A DNA stretch of 64,000 bases, from the NCBI GenBank assembly GCA_938084645.1, contig CALKEP010000001.1:128001-192000 (forward strand). Direction: 5' to 3'. The stretch comes from an uncultured Phycisphaerales bacterium (GTDB taxonomy: Bacteria > Planctomycetota > Phycisphaerae > Phycisphaerales > SM1A02). The notes beneath the pieces are model-generated. The model was given only the letters and a program-made list of their open reading frames with translations. It was not told where the DNA came from and searched no databases. Within the stretch, counting starts at the first letter, position 1; every line of letters starts with the position of its first letter. Below, in pieces: positions 58,320-64,000 of this stretch. A program made the translations under genes and the position numbers.

Positions 58320-59164
58320 GACTGCGGGTCCCGGAATCGCGGCTCGTTCGAGTGTGGATCGGGGTGGCGCTCCGGAAATCCGGGAGGAAGCGGCGTGTCG
58401 CCGTAGTGGATCCACCGCAGGCAGAGTCCCTGAGGGGGGAGCGTCTGGCCCGCGAGCCTGCGGTTCCTCGTCGCGAGCACCTCGTCGACACGGGCTTCGT
58501 CGATCCGGCCCCGGCCCGCTTCGAGCAGCGTGCCCGCGATGATCCGGACCATGTTGTAGAGAAACCCGCTGCCCACGACCTCGATCCGGATCCGGTCCGG
58601 TGCGATCCGGTCCACGGTGCACGCGTGGATCGTTCGCACGGTGTTGTCGCGACCGTGGTGCTTCTGCGCGAGTCCCGCGAAGTCGTGTTCACCGACGAGT
58701 CGCGCGGCCGCCCGGATCATCGGTTCGTGGTCGAGCACGAACGGGGTGCGGTAGACGACGTGGCGATCGAAGAGTGGCGGCCAGGTGCCGGGCGGTCGGG
58801 TGCATGCGATGTCGTACCGGTAGCACTTGCTTCGAGCATCCTTGATCGGATCGAAATCGTCGGCCACCACCTCGGCGTGCGTGACCTGGACGTCCTCGGG
58901 GAGCCGCGAGGTGAGGGCCATCGCGACCCGGTCGACGTCGATGGACTGCGCCGCGGTGAAGGCGGCGACCTGTCCGATCGCGTGAACGCCGGCATCGGTC
59001 CGGCTCGCGCCGGTCACCGGCGTCTCCTCCCGCACCGCCTTGAACACCGCTCGTTGCAGCACCGACTGGACGGTCCGGAGTTCGGAGCCGTCTTCGCGGA
59101 CCTGCCGCTGCCAGCCGTGGAAGGCGGTGCCGTCGTAGGCGACCTGGAGGCGATAGCGGGGCAC
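58316..59164 (-). CDS. truA: tRNA pseudouridine(38-40) synthase
   Basis: YDGTAFHGWQ.Q, GASRTDAGVHA, GEHDF, FLYNMVRII.G, GLCL; GTG at 59164. Confidence 0.95.
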   Translation of the reverse strand: MPRYRLQVAYDGTAFHGWQRQVREDGSELRTVQSVLQRAVFKAVREETPVTGASRTDAGVHAIGQVAAFTAAQSIDVDRVAMALTSRLPEDVQVTHAEVVADDFDPIKDARSKCYRYDIACTRPPGTWPPLFDRHVVYRTPFVLDHEPMIRAAARLVGEHDFAGLAQKHHGRDNTVRTIHACTVDRIAPDRIRIEVVGSGFLYNMVRIIAGTLLEAGRGRIDEARVDEVLATRNRRLAGQTLPPQGLCLRWIHYGDTPLPPGFPERHPDPHSNEPRFRDPQS

Positions 59165-59172
59165 GGGTGGCG

Positions 59173-60309
59173 TCAGTGGCCGAAGAGGTTTCGGGTCGCG
59201 AGCATGCCTTCGTCCGCGAAGTAGCTCATGGCCTCCTCGACGCTCCCGAAGATCTTCGTGGCGGTCTCGGTGATGAAGGGGCTGGGGCTCTTCTTCGGCT
59301 TCCAGACCACGTAGACCTCCTTGGTGTGCTCGAAGGCGTGATGGAGTTCGCGTTCCACGCCGCTCGAGAGACCGGGGATACCACCGGGGAGTTCCGGGAT
59401 GTACGACACGATCATGTCGGACTGGTCGACCAGCTTGAAGTCCCGCATGTAGATCTGGCCGTCGATGTCGCCCGCGATGTCGAGCACCTCCCGGGTCGGG
59501 ATCCGAACCGGCTCGTCGCCCTCGCTCGCCGAGCCGAACAGATGCTGCGGGATCTCGACGAAGTCGCGGCCGTCGCGGGCCGCGGCGATCGCGGTCTCGA
59601 GCAGCAGCTTCTCGTCGACGTCGCCCGGATCGAACGCGATGAAGTGCTCGGCGATCTGGGCTCGGAACTCGTCGATCTCGGCGAGCACGTCCGGCATGTC
59701 GACCACGTGACTCATGGGGAACGACGGATAGACGCGACGCATGTCCGGCCGCGTCACCAGTCGGACGCAGGTCTCCAGCGTCGCCTCGTGACGGCCACGG
59801 CTCAGGATGTAGAAGTTGTTCCGGCACCCCATCGCCTCGGCCATCAGCTCCGTGGCGAGGATCTCCTCCTCCCGCCACACCATGCAGTCCTTGAGGGTGG
59901 CGTCGATGATGTGTTCGCGATGGAGTCGCTGGTGCACCACCTCCACGTTGTCGACGAGGCAGATGAAGAGGTCCGGAGCCAGGGCCCGGATCTGGTCGAA
60001 GTCGAATGCGCTGAAGAGGCCGTGATGCCAGCGGAACGTCGCATGGGTGTTGACGATGACGTTCCGGTGCTCCTCGATCGGGCGGGTCGCCGCGATGATG
60101 TCCTTGAACGCGGCACGACGGAGCGAATTGAGACGGCTGATGGGCAGATCGAGGATCCGCCCCGGGCGCACGTCCGCGGCCTCCGCGTACATCATGTCGC
60201 CGACGTGGAAGGTGTCGATCTTCTCGCCCCGCTCCCCGGAGAGCGCGGTCGCGTCCTTGAGGTAGGGCTTCTTGTCCACGCCGATCTGGCCGGTGACGAT
60301 GGCACGCAT
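59173..60309 (-). CDS. Fusion of an archaeal-type adenylate-kinase-like domain and an NDT/Rcl nucleotide N-glycosidase-like domain
   Basis: N-terminal IVTGQIGVDK, VGDMM, IVNTHAT, PDLFI; C-terminal VYPSFP, IYMRD..LVDQSDMIV, SSGVERE...A....K.V. Confidence 0.7.
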   Translation of the reverse strand: MRAIVTGQIGVDKKPYLKDATALSGERGEKIDTFHVGDMMYAEAADVRPGRILDLPISRLNSLRRAAFKDIIAATRPIEEHRNVIVNTHATFRWHHGLFSAFDFDQIRALAPDLFICLVDNVEVVHQRLHREHIIDATLKDCMVWREEEILATELMAEAMGCRNNFYILSRGRHEATLETCVRLVTRPDMRRVYPSFPMSHVVDMPDVLAEIDEFRAQIAEHFIAFDPGDVDEKLLLETAIAAARDGRDFVEIPQHLFGSASEGDEPVRIPTREVLDIAGDIDGQIYMRDFKLVDQSDMIVSYIPELPGGIPGLSSGVERELHHAFEHTKEVYVVWKPKKSPSPFITETATKIFGSVEEAMSYFADEGMLATRNLFGH

Positions 60310-60328
60310 GCTGGAGACTCCGAAGGGG

Positions 60329-60997
60329 TCAGGAGTTGGAGGGAGCGAACGGGGTACGGGTGGGTCGAAGCCACCGGACTCGGGCGCGCGGCGATCGGCC
60401 GCTCTTCTTTCGTCGGCTGGCGAGCCACCAGTTGGCCAGCGCCGTCAACGCGATGATTCCGGCGATGACGCCGAAGGTGGTGAAGAGGACCTTGGGAAGC
60501 GAACTTCCCGCCAGCCCTCGACCGATGAGTATTCCCGCGCCGACCTGGAGCGGGGTGGTGATCGCACAGCAGATGACCTCGACGATCGTGAAGCGCTTCC
60601 AGTTCATCCGCATGAGGGCGGCGATGGTGAGGGCGGGCGATCGGGTTCCCGGAATGAAACGGGCGATCACCAGGACGCCGGCGCCCTTCTGGTCGAACTG
60701 ATGCTTCGCTTCCAGAAGTCGACGGGGATGAATGAACCTTCGAAACCACTTTCGATGGAGCAGGCGGCGGCCGAAATGCCGGCAGATGGAGAACCAGAGG
60801 AAGTCGCCACCGAGCACACCGACGTAGGCGGCGAGGAAGGTCGACCACATCGCCATCTCGCCCTGGCCGACGAAGATCCCGGCGGGGATGTTCACGACCT
60901 CCTCGCCGATCGGAATCCCCACGCCGGAAGCGAGGAGCAGGGCGATCATGGCGATCCAGCCGTAGTCGCCGAGGAACTGGTGGACGAATTCTTCCAT
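60329..60997 (-). CDS. DedA family membrane protein
   Basis: G.PIGEE, GD...F, ARFIPGTR. Confidence 0.9.
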   Translation of the reverse strand: MEEFVHQFLGDYGWIAMIALLLASGVGIPIGEEVVNIPAGIFVGQGEMAMWSTFLAAYVGVLGGDFLWFSICRHFGRRLLHRKWFRRFIHPRRLLEAKHQFDQKGAGVLVIARFIPGTRSPALTIAALMRMNWKRFTIVEVICCAITTPLQVGAGILIGRGLAGSSLPKVLFTTFGVIAGIIALTALANWWLASRRKKSGRSPRARVRWLRPTRTPFAPSNS

Positions 60998-61108
60998 GGC
61001 CTGCCGGGAGGGTGATCGGAGATCGGGATCGAGACGATCCCGGATTCGAGTCACCAAGTGTATATGCTCGACCCCGATTCCTCCCCCAGTCCTTTCCAGA
61101 GAATCCCG

Positions 61109-62293
61109 ATGCAGACGCGATCAGGCAGGATTCGCAGGATTCTCGTCGCGACCGATTCCCTCAAGGGGACGTGCAGCGCGATCGAGGCCGCGATGGCGAT
61201 CGGCGATGGGATCGCGGCCCGGATGCCCGGCGTCGAGATCGATCGCTGTCCGCTCGGGGATGGGGGCGAAGGCACGTTGGACGTCCTGGCCGCGGATCAG
61301 GCCCTCCGGCTCGAATCCCGTTCCGTGACCGGGCCGAGGCGGGATCGCCCCGTGGTCGACGCACGCTTCGGGATCTCGGAGGATCGGCGGCTGGCGGTCG
61401 TCGAGCTCGCGGAAGCGGCCGGTCTGGATCTCCTCGGCGTGGAGGATCGTGATCCTCGCTGGACCGGGACCGGCGGAGTCGGCGAGTTGCTGCTCGCCGC
61501 TCGCGCGGAACTCGAATTCGGCGCCGATGATCGTCCGATCGTCCTCCTGACGGTGGGTGGGAGTGCCACCGTCGATGGAGGCATCGGTGCGCTTTCGAGG
61601 ATGGGTGTCGAGTTTCTCGCCTCCGATGAATCCCTTCCCGCGCCGCTCGTCGGTGACGATCTCGCGAAGATCGAACGACTCGAGGTACCGGCGCAGGTTC
61701 GGTCGGCGTGGGCCGGGATCGATCTTCGCGTCGCGACCGATGTGCACAATCCACTTCTGGGGCCGATGGGCGCGGCGAGGATCTTCGGACCCCAGAAAGG
61801 CGCCGACGACGCGACGGTCGAGTTCCTCGAGCGTGGTCTCGAATCGTGGGTCGAGGTGATCGGCCGATGCGTGGGGATGGATCGAGCCATCGATTCGGCC
61901 TCGTCCCCGGGGGCCGGTGCCGCGGGCGGAATCGCCTTCGCGCTTCGGGCCCTCTTCGGAGCGCGGCTCGAATCCGGCTTCGATCTGGTCGCGGATCGGA
62001 TCGGTCTCGAGGATCGCGTGCGGGCCGCGGATCTGGTGGTGACCAGCGAAGGTCGGCTCGATGCCCAGTCCACGATGGGCAAGGCGACCGGTCGGCTGCT
62101 CGATCTTGCGGCGATTCACGGAACACCGGTCGCCGCGATTCCCGGATCGATCGGCGATCTTCCCGACGAGGTACGGGATCGGTTCATCTGGATTCGCTCA
62201 CTGGCCGACACCTGCGGCGCATCGATGGCGATGTCGGACCCGTCCGGGGCGATGACGACAACGGTACGACTCGAATTCCCCGTGCTCGAGTGA
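61109..62293 (+). CDS. Glycerate kinase (GlxK/GarK family)
   Basis: DSLKG, DGGEGT, GGSATVDGG, NPLLG..GAA.IFGPQKGA, GAAGG, EGRLDAQS..GK. Confidence 0.93.
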   Translation: MQTRSGRIRRILVATDSLKGTCSAIEAAMAIGDGIAARMPGVEIDRCPLGDGGEGTLDVLAADQALRLESRSVTGPRRDRPVVDARFGISEDRRLAVVELAEAAGLDLLGVEDRDPRWTGTGGVGELLLAARAELEFGADDRPIVLLTVGGSATVDGGIGALSRMGVEFLASDESLPAPLVGDDLAKIERLEVPAQVRSAWAGIDLRVATDVHNPLLGPMGAARIFGPQKGADDATVEFLERGLESWVEVIGRCVGMDRAIDSASSPGAGAAGGIAFALRALFGARLESGFDLVADRIGLEDRVRAADLVVTSEGRLDAQSTMGKATGRLLDLAAIHGTPVAAIPGSIGDLPDEVRDRFIWIRSLADTCGASMAMSDPSGAMTTTVRLEFPVLE

Positions 62294-62303
62294 GACGCGG
62301 GTC

Positions 62304-62834
62304 TCAGCCGGTCGCCGGATCCTCGCGGCGAAGCAGCAGGACGACCGCATGAACCTCGATCGCCCGGCCCTCGCCCACGGCGTCGACCTTCTCGTGGGTC
62401 TTCCCCTTGAGGTTCACGCGGTCGGAGTCGACGCCGAGCAGGTTGGCGAGGTGAAGCCGAAGTTCCTGTTTCCGAGGTCCGATCTTCGGTCGTTCGAGAA
62501 TCACGGTCGCATCGAGGTTGCCGATTTCGAAGCCCGCTTCGTCGACTCGGCGGCGGGCGGCATCGAGGAAGATCGCGCTGTCCGCGCCGTCGTGGGCGGG
62601 ATCGGTGTCGGGAAAGAGCTGTCCGATGTCCTCTTCGCCCAGGGCGCCGAGCAGGGCGTCGGTGATCGCGTGCAGGAGGGCGTCGCCGTCGGAGTGGCCC
62701 ACCGGCCCCCGGTCGTGCTCGAAGGCGAGGCCGCCGAGGACGAAGCGTCTGCCCGGCCCATCCGGGGCGATCGGTTCGAGGCGATGGAGGTCATATCCAT
62801 GACCGATTCGGAAGGGGGGCGAGGGTTTCGGCAT
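62304..62834 (-). CDS. ispF: 2-C-methyl-D-erythritol 2,4-cyclodiphosphate synthase
   Basis: RIGHGYDLH, GHSDGDALLHAI.DALLGA, DIG.LFPD, VNLK..T.E. Confidence 0.96.
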   Translation of the reverse strand: MPKPSPPFRIGHGYDLHRLEPIAPDGPGRRFVLGGLAFEHDRGPVGHSDGDALLHAITDALLGALGEEDIGQLFPDTDPAHDGADSAIFLDAARRRVDEAGFEIGNLDATVILERPKIGPRKQELRLHLANLLGVDSDRVNLKGKTHEKVDAVGEGRAIEVHAVVLLLRREDPATG

Positions 62835-63068
62835 CTTGGCAGACTCTAGCAACGCCAGGGGTGGTCCGTTCGGGGCTCGTGCCGGGGCCGGGGGGCATCG
62901 CCAGAACCGGCTTGCAGGCTCGGTGAACGGGAGAATGGGTCGAATAGGTGCTCATCTCCGCCACTTGGCCGGGTCCCCTCAAGACCCGACACCGAGAGGG
63001 CCGATGACATGGACACGGAGGCGGTCCGTGCGGACCGCGCCGTTTCTGCGCTAGCCCGTGAGAATCGC

Positions 63069-63578
63069 ATGCGTCTTCGAACCCCTTGCTCGATCTACCT
63101 GCTCATGGCCGGCTTCGTCGTTCTCTCGATGGCGAGCTGCGACTCCTACAGCACGAAGGGTGGCTGGCTTCCGAGCAGCAACTCGACGTTCACCTACATC
63201 TCGACGAGCTCGAGTCCCAAGACGATCCGGATCATCGACACGCGGAACGAAGAGGCCTTCTTCACGCTTCGACTGCCGGTCGGCAAGCAGCTGACCTTCC
63301 GGTTCCTCGACGGCAAGGGTGACGATCCCATCTACACCCCGGATCGAATGCAGTGGGAGATCTGGGACGCCCCCAAGAAGAACGGCAAGCTCTCGAACCA
63401 GCTCACGGTGCCTCCCGCGGCCGCCCGAAGCATCCGGGTCGAGATTCGACCGGTGCCGGAATGGCCCGAGGACGACGAGCGATACCGTCTCCGCGTCGAT
63501 GTCGAGGAAGACCGCCCGGATCACTGGACGCCTCAGGGCGGACCGATTCCGGACAAGTCGAGCACCTGGCCCAACTGA
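63069..63578 (+). CDS. Hypothetical lipoprotein
   Basis: Signal peptide with lipobox MASC; high-GC codon pattern. Confidence 0.7.
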   Translation: MRLRTPCSIYLLMAGFVVLSMASCDSYSTKGGWLPSSNSTFTYISTSSSPKTIRIIDTRNEEAFFTLRLPVGKQLTFRFLDGKGDDPIYTPDRMQWEIWDAPKKNGKLSNQLTVPPAAARSIRVEIRPVPEWPEDDERYRLRVDVEEDRPDHWTPQGGPIPDKSSTWPN

Positions 63579-63604
63579 CGCGACCGACGAACGACCGCAC
63601 TTCG

Positions 63605-63634
63605 ACGACCGTCCGCCATCCGGCGGACGGTCGT
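63605..63634. terminator. Hairpin between convergent genes (possibly bidirectional terminator)
   Basis: 13-bp stem ACGACCGTCCGCC-atcc-GGCGGACGGTCGT. Confidence 0.7.
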
Positions 63635-63689
63635 TCGTTTCCGACGGACTTCTTCTCGGCGGTCGAGAAATGCGACACGCGATCGAGGT

Positions 63690-64000
63690 TCAGTCGAGCC
63701 GCTCCACGAGCTCGCGGAAGGTCCGGCCCCGGGCTTCGAAGTCGGTGAACTGATCCCAACTGGCGCAGCCCGGACTGAGCAGGATCACGTCGCCTTCGCA
63801 CGCCGAGGCGACGGCCTCGTCGAACGCGTTCGCGAGGGTGCCGCACGCCCGGCCGCCGTGTTCGCAGATCGCCGCCTCAGTGGCTCCGATGCCGTAGAGA
63901 CCGGCCAGGTCCCCGGTCCGTCGTGCGATGGACTCGAGATCCGATCCCTTGTCGTAACCCCCGGCGATGAGGTGGGTTCGCTGCGTGGATGGCATGGAAT
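63690..64000 (-). CDS. murD: UDP-N-acetylmuramoyl-L-alanine--D-glutamate ligase, C-terminal part (5' end off the window)
   Basis: [28 protein letters not shown]. Confidence 0.92.
   Translation of the reverse strand, partial: SMPSTQRTHLIAGGYDKGSDLESIARRTGDLAGLYGIGATEAAICEHGGRACGTLANAFDEAVASACEGDVILLSPGCASWDQFTDFEARGRTFRELVERLD

Noticed and set aside
1..64000. CRISPR arrays, tRNA/rRNA, IS elements, integrases, prophage or defence islands
   Set aside because: No spaced direct repeats, tRNA T-arm/CCA patterns, transposase or integrase motifs, or low-GC island seen by eye.

Overview
High-GC bacterial chromosomal window, densely coding, about 55 genes. The gene content points to a planctomycete, most likely Phycisphaerae (inference): bacterial DNA topoisomerase VI, prepilin-type N-methylation proteins, a PAPG-variant PEP-CTERM protein, a Hanks kinase, and a CxxCGY-CPECG membrane protein. 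Most genes are core functions: ndk, top6B/top6A, pnp-rpsO, rdgB, floA with two NfeD genes, an LPS cluster (GT9, lpxK, hldE), HU/IHF-dnaB, an ECF sigma cassette, an Opp/Dpp ABC transporter, bcp, dut, truA, ispF and murD. I saw no rRNA, tRNA, CRISPR array or mobile element. The most unusual items are: (1) an archaeal-type adenylate-kinase-like domain fused to an NDT/Rcl nucleotide N-glycosidase-like domain, in an operon with truA, a GT4 and a BshB1-like deacetylase; (2) a near-consensus sigma70-like promoter about 630 nt upstream of two tandem prepilin-like paralogues, with a hairpin-rich leader between; (3) two distant paralogues of an unannotated exported multi-LTxxQ protein; (4) a sigma70-family factor lacking the region 2.3 tryptophan pair. 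All calls come from reading motifs by eye; no searches were run.
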